64,000 bases of DNA from the IMG/VR virus record IMGVR_UViG_3300045988_105290. One strand, 5' to 3'. Shown here piece after piece: positions 9,042 to 16,976 of this stretch (positions are counted from its first letter, which is position 1; each line of letters opens with the position of its first letter). A program made the translations under genes and the position numbers. The notes beneath the pieces are model-generated. The model saw only the letters and a list, made by a program, of their open reading frames with translations. It searched no databases and was not told the DNA's origin. Origin of the DNA: a virus.

Positions 9042-9510
9042 CATCAAAAAATACACCAAAGACCAGATGGCGAAGATGGTGGAGGACGCGCAGGAAGCAG
9101 CGGAAAAAATGAATGGGTGCATGAACGAGCTGCGAAGTCGAAATAGCGAGCTGGAATTACAGGTCCGCACGTTGAAGGCCAAGAACGCTGCCCTGACCGA
9201 GCAGATCGACCAGATGAACGGCGAAGCCATCAACAAGGCAAACGAGATCGCAAACCTGAAAGCGGACGCGGATGCGTTGCGAAACAAGATTGCTGACACT
9301 GAGGCGGCGCTTGGGCGGGCGAATGCGTGCATTGCTACCATGCAGGTTGAAAAAGACCAGCAAACGAACGAACTTTTCGAATGGCAGGGAACCGCGCAAG
9401 CGTTGCATGATGACCTTTTGAATGCACGAGAGCGCGCCAACTACGCAGAAGCCCATCCGTGGCGAAACCTGTGGGCGTGGCTCAAGAGAACGCTGGCGCG
9501 CCATGATTAA
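9031..9510 (+). CDS. Coiled-coil hypothetical protein
   Basis: 159 aa, heptad-rich (ELELQVRTLKAKNAALTEQIDQMN...). Confidence 0.65.
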   Translation: MSINIKKYTKDQMAKMVEDAQEAAEKMNGCMNELRSRNSELELQVRTLKAKNAALTEQIDQMNGEAINKANEIANLKADADALRNKIADTEAALGRANACIATMQVEKDQQTNELFEWQGTAQALHDDLLNARERANYAEAHPWRNLWAWLKRTLARHD

Positions 9511-9554
9511 AGATAGCGGTGAGCGAATAATTAAAATTGAACAGGAGAAATTCG

Positions 9555-9842
9555 ATGACTGAAGAAGAGAGAAAGACATTTCTTGAAGCGCTGCGCGTGT
9601 TTGGCAGTCAAAATCAAATCACGATGGGTTTTGAAGAAATGGCCGAGTTGCAGGACGTGCTGTGCAAATTCCTGCGTGGACGCATTGACGGCGACACACT
9701 CGTTAACATCGCCGAAGAGATCGCCGATGTCGGGATCATGCTCGACCAGATGGCAATCGAGTTTAAGGTCGAGGACGCGGTGGAGGAACTGCGAGCCTTT
9801 AAGGTTCGGCGGCTGAGAGAAAGGATTGATAAAAATGCCTGA
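9555..9842 (+). CDS. MazG-like nucleotide pyrophosphohydrolase (small, all-alpha)
   Basis: 95 aa from the ATG after CAGGAGAAA; EEMAELQ and EEIADV acidic helix motifs. Confidence 0.6.
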   Translation: MTEEERKTFLEALRVFGSQNQITMGFEEMAELQDVLCKFLRGRIDGDTLVNIAEEIADVGIMLDQMAIEFKVEDAVEELRAFKVRRLRERIDKNA

Positions 9843-9954
9843 TTGCCGTTGGTGTATGGATGAAATTTGCGTCAACGATGATTGCCCGGTGTGTGCCGAC
9901 TATTGTCCAGTTCCGGACACCGAAGGTGTGTGCCGTCACGAGGATAGGAGATAG
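9835..9954 (+). CDS. Possible 39-aa Cys-rich peptide
   Basis: MPDCRWCMDEICVNDDCPVCADYCPVPDTEGVCRHEDRR. Below the ORF-track cutoff; overlaps the upstream stop. Confidence 0.35.
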   Translation: MPDCRWCMDEICVNDDCPVCADYCPVPDTEGVCRHEDRR

Positions 9955-9956
9955 TG

Positions 9957-10160
9957 ATGATGGATAAATGCAAAGAAAGGGATCGCGCCGTGCTATCCGC
10001 ACTGGATGACAACATCCGGCGCGCACCATCGCTCGGAGTTTGCGCAGAATGTTTTGTAGCGCTGAAACTCGAGTTCGAGCGCGTGATGGCGGAACGGGAT
10101 GCAGCCAGAAAAAGCGCTGTAATTGTTCCGAACAGAAAGCGCGCCGAGCCGCCGGAATGA
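9957..10160 (+). CDS. Hypothetical protein
   Basis: 67 aa, GGAG 6 nt upstream. Confidence 0.5.
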   Translation: MMDKCKERDRAVLSALDDNIRRAPSLGVCAECFVALKLEFERVMAERDAARKSAVIVPNRKRAEPPE

Positions 10161-10179
10161 GCATTTCAAAACTCTTCGT

Positions 10180-10198
10180 GTTAGCAATTTGTTAGCAA
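10180..10198. repeat. Direct repeats GTTAGCAA x2 (11-bp phase), candidate integrase arm-type sites
   Basis: Left of the att core. The same consensus recurs at 10415-10434 on the other side. Confidence 0.45.
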
Positions 10199-10310
10199 CC
10201 TAAAATGATTCATACCGCTTAACGCTGATTAACGTTTCAATAAATGCAAAAAGCACAGCAGAAAGTGGTGAAAAGCAAACAAAAGCGGTTAAAAATATGC
10301 AGTCTTCTAT

Positions 10311-10355
10311 TTCGTAATCAGCAGGTCATGTGTTCGAGTCACACCACCAGCTCCA
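10311..10355 (+). other. att core: 3' half of a tRNA-Thr(CGU)-like gene (anticodon loop to CCA), no 5' half present
   Basis: TTCGTAA-TCAGC-AGGTC-ATGTG-TTCGAGT-CACAC-CACCAGC-T-CCA. The upstream sequence cannot supply the acceptor or D arm. Confidence 0.65.
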
Positions 10356-10392
10356 AAAAAGCCCTGAAACCTCAATGGTTTCAGGGCTTTTT
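10355..10392. terminator. Bidirectional terminator hairpin
   Basis: A6-GCCCTGAAACC-tcaat-GGTTTCAGGGC-T5, between the att core and the integrase stop. Confidence 0.7.
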
Positions 10393-10401
10393 GATTTTGC
10401 G

Positions 10402-11496
10402 TTACTTTTTGTTTGTTAGTAACGAGTTAGTAACTGCATCGACTACTGTATCGCCGTCGATGTGAGTGTAAATGTTGGCTGTGGTGGAAAAATCTTTGTG
10501 ACCGAGGACTTCTTGCAAAATAACAGGCTCGAGATGCTCTTTGACCGCTCGCGTTGTATAGGTGTGCCGCGTAGCGTGCGGTGTCTTCTTTTCGATACCA
10601 AGACGCTCGAGCAGAGGGTAGTAGTCTCTTTTGCGGAAGTTATCTGGGCTGTGCTGTCCCTTATACCCCGACAGTAAGAGCGGCCCGTTTGCGATGGACG
10701 CAAAATGCTCGAAGCACGGGCGCGCTTCCAGCCGGATCGGAATGACACGGCGCTTGCCAGCTTCGGTTTTCACGCCTCCTATAATCCTGTCACCGTGGTA
10801 ATCCTCAAGCCGAAGTTTGAAAAGCTCGCTGATGCGCATTCCCGTGCCAAGATACATAAGGATTATTTTGGCCGTATCGCTTCCGTCCTTTTCCAACTTT
10901 TTTATGTCATCCTCGGTATATATTGCCTTATCCTTTTTTTCCTCTCCCGGCAATTTAATATACTGGGCAAAGTTAGTGGTGCAAATTTCTTCTCGCACAG
11001 CCCACTCCGACATTTGTGTAAGCAGGATCTTGTACTTGGAGATAGACGACCGGCTTTTCCGCATGTGGGGGTCTAAAGCCTCCTGAAAATCAGCAACGCG
11101 CAAGTCACGAAATTTCTTGTCGTGGAGCGTTGCAAAAATTTTATACGCATTGTCGTAAGAATCCTTGCTCTTCTCGCCGATGCTTTTATAGTGCTCTTTT
11201 TTCCACGATTCGAATACCTCTGCAAACGTCATATTGTATCGATCGGTTAAATCTTTGCCGGAAAGATGCTCCAGCGCTCCCAGAGCATCGGTCTTTTTTG
11301 CGTAATACCCAATCACGACTTTGTTCTTTGCAGCGACCCACGGGTGAGATCGCCTGCCTTGCAATTTGTAGACCGTTCCAGTGCCGTTGGCGCGTTTAAG
11401 CGCTTTCCGCTTTTCCTGCACCTGCTTTTTCCCACAAATGTGGCAAAAAATCGCTTCTTCCGGCAGTTCCGCGCCGCATTTTATGCATTTTTTCAT
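10402..11496 (-). CDS. Tyrosine integrase with N-terminal zinc ribbon
   Basis: 364 aa. CIKCG...CHICG ribbon; catalytic region ...TPHATRHTYTTRA...LGHKDFSTTANIYTH. Confidence 0.9.
   Translation of the reverse strand: MKKCIKCGAELPEEAIFCHICGKKQVQEKRKALKRANGTGTVYKLQGRRSHPWVAAKNKVVIGYYAKKTDALGALEHLSGKDLTDRYNMTFAEVFESWKKEHYKSIGEKSKDSYDNAYKIFATLHDKKFRDLRVADFQEALDPHMRKSRSSISKYKILLTQMSEWAVREEICTTNFAQYIKLPGEEKKDKAIYTEDDIKKLEKDGSDTAKIILMYLGTGMRISELFKLRLEDYHGDRIIGGVKTEAGKRRVIPIRLEARPCFEHFASIANGPLLLSGYKGQHSPDNFRKRDYYPLLERLGIEKKTPHATRHTYTTRAVKEHLEPVILQEVLGHKDFSTTANIYTHIDGDTVVDAVTNSLLTNKK
10415..10434. repeat. Direct repeats GTTAGTAAC x2 (11-bp phase) inside the 3' end of the integrase gene
   Basis: Same consensus and spacing as 10180-10198. 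Confidence 0.4.
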
Positions 11497-11533
11497 ATTA
11501 CTATCATCCCTCTACAGTGTGACTGACATGGGG

Positions 11534-12025
11534 TCAGAAAGCAAAACTTAAAAAGAAGTCCCGCATGAGTCTGGTAAAGCCCCAGTTGGGATTTGGCACA
11601 TCAAAATGAAAGAAGTAAATGAGGACGATCACGGATAGGATAACAGAAAGATAAATTGCAAACCTTCCAGCTCTCTTATCCTTTCGCAGCTCGCTAATCT
11701 GGCGTTCCTGCATGGAAATGATCTCGTCCTGATGCTGAGCGTTGATGGATTCCACTTCCTCTGACGAATCGGACGAATTATCGTCAGATTCTATTCCACA
11801 AACGTTATCGATCGAGCAATTCAGCGCTTTTGCAATGCGGATAACGACATAAGCGCTGGTCGCCTTGGAGCGGTTGGAAAAGTAATTGTTGACCGTATGA
11901 ACGGAAAGACCGGCGGCATCCGCTATTGCCTGATTCGAAAGGCCGAGCAAGTCTCTTTTGGCTCTCAATCTTTCTTTCAGAGCCAAGCTTTCATCAGATA
12001 CAGTTTCTTCTAAGCATTCCGGCAT
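11534..12025 (-). CDS. Membrane-anchored XRE-family HTH protein
   Basis: 163 aa. LGLSNQAIADAAGLSVHTVNNYF helix-turn-helix plus a C-terminal hydrophobic segment FAIYLSVILSVIVLIYFF. Confidence 0.75.
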   Translation of the reverse strand: MPECLEETVSDESLALKERLRAKRDLLGLSNQAIADAAGLSVHTVNNYFSNRSKATSAYVVIRIAKALNCSIDNVCGIESDDNSSDSSEEVESINAQHQDEIISMQERQISELRKDKRAGRFAIYLSVILSVIVLIYFFHFDVPNPNWGFTRLMRDFFLSFAF

Positions 12026-12160
12026 TGTTTCGGCTCCTTTCTACTGCTTGCTGCGCTTTTTTCGCATATCGTCATTTTCACTCAGCGAATAAAGTCGAAC
12101 CGTGTCGCATAGGAAGATGATGACACGCGGATAGGAAGGTTGTCTCGTAGACGTTCGAGA

Positions 12161-12259
12161 ATAAATCTGCTACGATAGACCCATAGCAGATCAGTGCTAG
12201 AACATAAATCTGCTATACCGGAGCCGCCGCTTTCGTGGCTGGTGCGGCGGCTCCGGTAT
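12161..12259. promoter_or_regulatory. ATAAATCTGCTA repeats (two direct, one inverted) followed by a 16-bp GC-rich hairpin
   Basis: Motifs at 12161-12172, 12184-12191 (inverted) and 12204-12215. Hairpin ATACCGGAGCCGCCGC...GCGGCGGCTCCGGTAT at 12215-12259, without a T-run. Confidence 0.4.
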
Positions 12260-12378
12260 CGGAGGAACATAGAATGAGAGAAGGAGAATGGCAAACAGAA
12301 TGGATGCGATAGACGGCCTGCAAAAAGAGGTGTATGAGCTGTTCGAGCGCATGACACCGGAAAACAAAATAAAAGCGC

Positions 12379-12885
12379 TTACTTATCTTGAGAACGTGCG
12401 ACGAGATCAAAATAATCTCGCACCTTTGCGCGATTCTCAGGCGTCAAGTCGCTGAGATCCAGCACATCGAGTTTGCTGCCCTCCCGGGCGGCAGGCTCTT
12501 TTTTTTCGCCCTTCGGAGAGAGCACGGTGAAATTCCCTTTACTGACAATTACCTGAGAAAATTTTAGATCGCTCAGGGATTCTTCAAGGATTTCAATGTT
12601 CGCCTCAATTTCATTCCTGGCAGCACCTACAGACTTCCCCAATTCCTTACGGAGACACCGTAAGCGGTATTCGGTCACATCAATCTGCGCCTCAACAGTA
12701 AATCCGAGAAGATACTCAGACGTTACGCCGAAATACTCACAGATTTTTCGCAGTTTGTCAGGCCGCGGAACGGACCCGTGTTTCCACTGCGTAACGGAGG
12801 AGGATGCAATTCCAAGTTCTTTCGCTACACCGTTTGGCGTCTTGCCGTCTCTTTCGCATAATGCCTTATATTGGTCAAAAAACAT
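12379..12885 (-). CDS. CI-like XRE-family repressor
   Basis: 168 aa from the ATG after GAGGGAG. GVAKELGIASSSVTQWKHG helix-turn-helix; divergent from the cro-like gene. Confidence 0.8.
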   Translation of the reverse strand: MFFDQYKALCERDGKTPNGVAKELGIASSSVTQWKHGSVPRPDKLRKICEYFGVTSEYLLGFTVEAQIDVTEYRLRCLRKELGKSVGAARNEIEANIEILEESLSDLKFSQVIVSKGNFTVLSPKGEKKEPAAREGSKLDVLDLSDLTPENRAKVRDYFDLVARSQDK

Positions 12886-12926
12886 AAAACGCTCCCTCAA
12901 TAAATGTCTATTGCGCCAAAACTCGT

Positions 12927-13090
12927 AATTATGAGATAATTCGATTGACAACCTAAGAATTATGAGGTATTATGAAGTTGTTCCGGGTAGGAACGACAAA
13001 TCGACCCCTCGTAGAGCGGTTGTTTTCGATATTGCTTGGCGGTTTTATTGTAACGCCGCTTTATGAGGTTGTCAAGAACTAAATCTCATA
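12927..13090. promoter_or_regulatory. Operator-like repeats (AA)TTATGAG(G) x3 direct plus one inverted CTCATA
   Basis: Sites at 12927-12936, 12958-12967 (inside the promoter spacer), 13061-13068 and 13085-13090. Confidence 0.45.
12945..12973 (+). promoter_or_regulatory. Rightward early promoter
   Basis: TTGACA - 17 nt - TATTAT. Confidence 0.6.
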
Positions 13091-13123
13091 TTTGTGAAGT
13101 AGTGCGCAAAGGAGCGTGATAGA

Positions 13124-13354
13124 TTGACACTAAAAGATTTGAGATGCAGGGTTCCTTTGTCGCAAGAGATCGTTGCGAGGGCATTGAAGCGCGATCAGTC
13201 AACAATTAGTTGTTGGGAAAGCGGTAAGTGGGCGCCAGCAAAGAAAATCAGACCGACTTTGGCCGCAATGTACCATGTCCCCCTTCCTGTGCTGGAGCGG
13301 TGCATTATGGAGACCTGCGGGAAGGACACCCCGGAGGATTCTGACGAAGCGTGA
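13124..13354 (+). CDS. Cro-like HTH protein (TTG start)
   Basis: 76 aa, AAAGGAG RBS; SQEIVARALKRDQSTISCWESG helix-turn-helix. Confidence 0.7.
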   Translation: MTLKDLRCRVPLSQEIVARALKRDQSTISCWESGKWAPAKKIRPTLAAMYHVPLPVLERCIMETCGKDTPEDSDEA

Positions 13355-13390
13355 CAAAAAGCCCAACCTTCTCAATTTTGGGAAAGCTCC

Positions 13391-13438
13391 TTTCGCACAT
13401 TTTTGTGCGAAACCTTTCGGTCATTTTTGACCGAAAGG
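13391..13438. repeat. Two adjacent palindromes of one family (CCTTTCGnnCA-TTTT-TGnnCGAAAGG)
   Basis: TTTCGCACA-TTTT-TGTGCGAAA (13391-13412) and CCTTTCGGTCA-TTTT-TGACCGAAAGG (13413-13438). Neither is followed by a T-run. Confidence 0.7.
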
Positions 13439-13544
13439 CTATGACGGAAGTTAGAGGTAAAATTGTCAGCAACCAGAAGCGTAGGCTGATATTTGAACCT
13501 GGTCAAATTTGGCCGAGTTCAAAGGATGAAAACGAAAAGGAGAA

Positions 13545-14318
13545 ATGCGAATGAACGAATTGCAGATTTTCAATAACCCGGAGTTTGGGGAGATTAGGGC
13601 CATGGAAATTGATGGGGAACCCTGGTTCGTAGGCAAGGATGTAGCGGCAGCACTTGGCTACAGTGATGCTTTTGGCGCATTGAAAAAGCATATCGATGAA
13701 GATGATAAGCTGGTCTGCCAAATTGACAGTGCGGGTCAAAAGCGTGATGCAACGCTGATTAACCGCTCTGGTGTGTATTCCCTTATCCTTTCCAGCAAAC
13801 TTCCGAATGCGAAGAAGTTTAAGCATTGGGTAACAGCGGAGGTTCTTCCCACTATTGAAAAACATGGTGCTTATATGACCCCGGACACACTGGACAAGAT
13901 GATTGCATCCCCTGAGTTCGGCATCCGGCTTCTGACCGCACTGAAAGAAGAACAAAATAAGAACCGCCATTTGGCGGCGCAAGCGGAGGCGGACAAGCCC
14001 AAGGTCTTGTTTGCGGACAGCGTGGCTGCGTCCCACACGTCCATTCTGATTTTCGACCTTGCGAAGATTTTGAAACAGAACGGCGTGGACATTGGTGGCA
14101 ATCGCCTGTTTGACTGGATGCGGAAGAACGGCTATCTGGTTCGACGGAAAGGCAGCGATTACAATATGCCAACGCAGCGGAGCATGGAGATGGGTTTGTT
14201 TGAGGTGAAGGAGACCAGCGTTTCTCATTCCGACGGACACATCAGCGTGAACAAGACGCCCAAGGTGACGGGCAAGGGGCAGCAGTATTTTATCAACGCA
14301 TTCCTGAGCAAACGATAA
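13545..14318 (+). CDS. Phage antirepressor (Bro-N plus KilAC domains)
   Basis: 257 aa. N-terminus MNELQIFNNPEFGEIRAMEIDGEPWFVGKDVAAALGY; C-terminus ...ILIFDLAKILKQNGVDIGGNRLFDWMRKNGYL. Confidence 0.85.
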   Translation: MRMNELQIFNNPEFGEIRAMEIDGEPWFVGKDVAAALGYSDAFGALKKHIDEDDKLVCQIDSAGQKRDATLINRSGVYSLILSSKLPNAKKFKHWVTAEVLPTIEKHGAYMTPDTLDKMIASPEFGIRLLTALKEEQNKNRHLAAQAEADKPKVLFADSVAASHTSILIFDLAKILKQNGVDIGGNRLFDWMRKNGYLVRRKGSDYNMPTQRSMEMGLFEVKETSVSHSDGHISVNKTPKVTGKGQQYFINAFLSKR

Positions 14319-14362
14319 GTGAAATCGACGCTCCGCACTGAAAACGAAGTAGGGAGGAGATT

Positions 14363-14572
14363 ATGGAAAAGATCATTACGCTATCCACGGACGCAGCAGC
14401 GAGCTACCTGCGCGAACGCGGAATGAGCATTTCCCCAGATACGCTGCGGCGTGGGATTCAGCAAGGAGTTTATCCGTTTGGCATCTGCATCGAGGCAGGA
14501 AGCTCGCCGGTGTATCAGATTTTCAAACGGCTGCTTGACGATTGGATCTCGGAAAGAAGTGTAGAAGGGTGA
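14363..14572 (+). CDS. Excisionase-like / MerR-type small HTH protein
   Basis: 69 aa; LSTDAAASYLRERGMSISPDTLRRGIQQG. Confidence 0.6.
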   Translation: MEKIITLSTDAAASYLRERGMSISPDTLRRGIQQGVYPFGICIEAGSSPVYQIFKRLLDDWISERSVEG

Positions 14573-14651
14573 AATTTCGCTCCGACTGTTTCGGTCGATG
14601 GAAAGTTGCGAAGTCCGCTCATGCGTGAGTACATGGGAACAAGGAGGAATC

Positions 14652-14813
14652 ATGGCAGATAAGACTTACATAGGCACGAAAGAGGCGCAGGCCATCGACG
14701 CTTGCCTTGCGGCAGGGTTGGATGTGCAGATCACGCGGACAGCGTTCGGCGTGAAGATCGTTGGCGTGGATGCCAAGAAGGTCTTTCGCTTCGGCGAACA
14801 GAAAAGCAAATAA
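14652..14813 (+). CDS. Hypothetical protein
   Basis: 53 aa from the ATG after AAGGAGG. Confidence 0.5.
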   Translation: MADKTYIGTKEAQAIDACLAAGLDVQITRTAFGVKIVGVDAKKVFRFGEQKSK

Positions 14814-14848
14814 CGCACCTGACCGCAAGCGGGCGGCCAGAAGAGCCA

Positions 14849-14900
14849 AGAGGGGCTGAGCAACCGGGGAAATCTCGGGACTCAGCCCCTCTTTTATTTT
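14849..14900 (+). terminator. Rho-independent terminator
   Basis: AGAGGGGCTGAG...CTCAGCCCCTCT followed by TTTATTTT. Confidence 0.75.
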
Positions 14901-14921
14901 TACGAAGAAGGAGAGCGCGAA

Positions 14922-15683
14922 ATGAATTTCGAAACGAACGAAAGCTCGAAGGAGCGCCAAGCACGTATCGCAAAGGTGGAACGCCGTGAGCGGCGGAAAA
15001 AGATTCGCAGACGGCGCCGTATCCAGCAGGCGGAGGATGTGGTGACATTTCTCCTCCCGTATCTGGCATTTCTAATGCTGCTGGTCAACATTCTGATTGC
15101 GGTCTGGGTTGTGGGAGAGCTGCTTCACAACATCAGGATGACCGAGACCGCTGTCGAAACGGAAAGCGCGGAATGCCCGACACTCCCCGCTGAGGGTACG
15201 CAGCCGGTTCTGATGATCGATGACGCGATTGTTTTCTCGGATGGCGCGGTGGCGGAAGAGTACGCATACATCCCTTTCCCTTTCAGCGAGGACGTTCCTC
15301 TGAGCTACGAGGAACAGGAAGCGCTTTATGGAGCTTGCGAGGAATTTTCGGTGGACTATCCGTTGATGCTCGCGCTGATCGAACGGGAGACTCACTTCAA
15401 AAATGAGATCGGAGACGGCGGGAAGAGCTATGGCTATTGCCAGATCCAGCCGCGCTGGTGGTCGAAGACGGCGGAAAGCATCGGTGTAACCGACCTGATG
15501 GACCCGGCGGGAAATTTCCGCACAGGCTGCGCAGTGCTGACACATCTGCTGGGCGTTTACGGATGCGGCAACCTGACAGATGCGCTTACAGCTTACAACA
15601 CCGGCCACGGCGGCGCGAGCGAATACGCGAGAGACGTGCTTGAGAAACAGGGAAAGTGGCAGGGAGTGCTGGGCTACTCCTAA
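14922..15683 (+). CDS. Membrane-anchored lytic transglycosylase (SLT domain)
   Basis: 253 aa. Basic N-terminus plus a TM segment; IERETHF, YGYCQI and AYNTGHG motifs. Confidence 0.8.
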   Translation: MNFETNESSKERQARIAKVERRERRKKIRRRRRIQQAEDVVTFLLPYLAFLMLLVNILIAVWVVGELLHNIRMTETAVETESAECPTLPAEGTQPVLMIDDAIVFSDGAVAEEYAYIPFPFSEDVPLSYEEQEALYGACEEFSVDYPLMLALIERETHFKNEIGDGGKSYGYCQIQPRWWSKTAESIGVTDLMDPAGNFRTGCAVLTHLLGVYGCGNLTDALTAYNTGHGGASEYARDVLEKQGKWQGVLGYS

Positions 15684-15702
15684 AAAGGAGGTGAATCAAG
15701 AG

Positions 15703-16347
15703 TTGATAACGAGAACAACGTACCCAAATCGTAAGGAATGGTTAATTGGTCGATCTCACGGGCTGGGAGCAAGCGATATTGGTTCGGTCTTGGGGGTGTC
15801 CGGCTTCAAGACGCCAATCCAGCTCTGGAAAGAAAAGTTAGGAGCCGTTACGCCGAAAGACATAAGCGATAATCCGCGCGTTCAATTCGGCAACGCCGCA
15901 GAAGAGCCTCTGCGGGAGATGTTCCGGCTTATGCACCCGGAATACGAATTGACGTTTGAGCCTTTTACCATTTTGCGACCGGCCGGAAGATACAGTTTTT
16001 TGTCCTGTACCCCAGATGGGGAGCTGATCGAACTGGCGAGTGGGCGAAAGGGTATTTACGAGAGCAAGACCGCGACGTGCCTCGGAAGAAATGACTGGGA
16101 GAAGTGGGACAGACAAATTCCAAAAACATATTATGCGCAGATACTCGAGCAAATGTTTTGCGGTGAGTTTGAATTTGCGGTGGTTTGGGCACTCCTGCTG
16201 AACGCTGATGGTGATGCAAGCTTACGCGCCTACAAATTCGAGAGAAGCGATTGCGAATCAGATATTCAATTTTTCCTTCCTCGCGCAGAGGCTTTCTGGC
16301 GGCACGTGGAAAACGGAACGATGCCGTCGCAAATTCTGACGCTCTGA
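15703..16347 (+). CDS. YqaJ-like recombination exonuclease
   Basis: 214 aa (TTG start 11 nt after GGAGG; a GTG at 15691 is possible). GLGASDIG...TPDGE...YESKT pattern of lambda-exo/YqaJ. Confidence 0.8.
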   Translation: MITRTTYPNRKEWLIGRSHGLGASDIGSVLGVSGFKTPIQLWKEKLGAVTPKDISDNPRVQFGNAAEEPLREMFRLMHPEYELTFEPFTILRPAGRYSFLSCTPDGELIELASGRKGIYESKTATCLGRNDWEKWDRQIPKTYYAQILEQMFCGEFEFAVVWALLLNADGDASLRAYKFERSDCESDIQFFLPRAEAFWRHVENGTMPSQILTL

Positions 16348-16389
16348 GCGTTGGCTCTGAACGATAAAAACCGAAAAGGAGAACAAAAA

Positions 16390-16740
16390 ATGGCATTGGA
16401 AATCACGGTAAGGGATCTCGAAAAACAGGAGGAAATCAGCAAGATGGTCTGCAAGTGCGCGCTGCTGTCGATGAATGAAGGTTGCGAGCACGGAGACGCA
16501 AGCACCATCGTATTTGCCGAGTGCGGCACGCTTTCTATCGCAGATACGATCCTGCGAATGGAGAAGGCAATCGAGGAGCTGAAGGAAGACCCTGACATTC
16601 GCAGGGCTGTAAACTTCGCTCGCTGGCTGCGCTCGGAAACTGAGCGCAGGAAAGAAAAGAAAGAACCGGAAGCGCAGGAACCGGACATTTCGTTTGCGGT
16701 CAGGGTGACGCGCGTGCCGAGAAAGGGCGGTGAGAGATGA
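16390..16740 (+). CDS. Hypothetical protein
   Basis: 116 aa from the ATG after AAAAGGAG. Confidence 0.55.
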   Translation: MALEITVRDLEKQEEISKMVCKCALLSMNEGCEHGDASTIVFAECGTLSIADTILRMEKAIEELKEDPDIRRAVNFARWLRSETERRKEKKEPEAQEPDISFAVRVTRVPRKGGER

Positions 16741-16976
16741 TGTATGTGACGGTCCGATACTACAAGCCGCAGCTCAGCGGCTACGCAGGCATGGCCTATA
16801 CCTACCGCACCGATCTGCCGCTAAAGGCGGGCGACAAAGTGATCGCGCCGACGAAGGGCGGAGACAACCGCGCCATTGTGCTGGACACCGATGTTCCGGA
16901 GAGCAACGTCGCGCCGCATATCCTGCCGCTCCTGCGCGAGATCACGCAGTATGACACCGAGGAGGAAAAAGCATGA
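16737..16976 (+). CDS. Hypothetical protein
   Basis: 79 aa, overlapping start and stop. Confidence 0.55.
   Translation: MMYVTVRYYKPQLSGYAGMAYTYRTDLPLKAGDKVIAPTKGGDNRAIVLDTDVPESNVAPHILPLLREITQYDTEEEKA

Noticed and set aside
12288-12455. 55-aa plus-strand ORF (MANRMDAIDGLQKEVYELFERMTPENKIKALTYLENV...)
   Set aside because: The RBS is only 1-2 nt from the ATG, and the ORF overlaps the 3' end of the convergent repressor gene by about 75 nt. It may be a remnant, but it is not supportable as a gene.
13351-13554. 67-aa ORF between cro and the antirepressor
   Set aside because: It has a GTG start with no RBS. Its sequence is dictated by the two palindromes it spans, so it is better explained as regulatory DNA or RNA.
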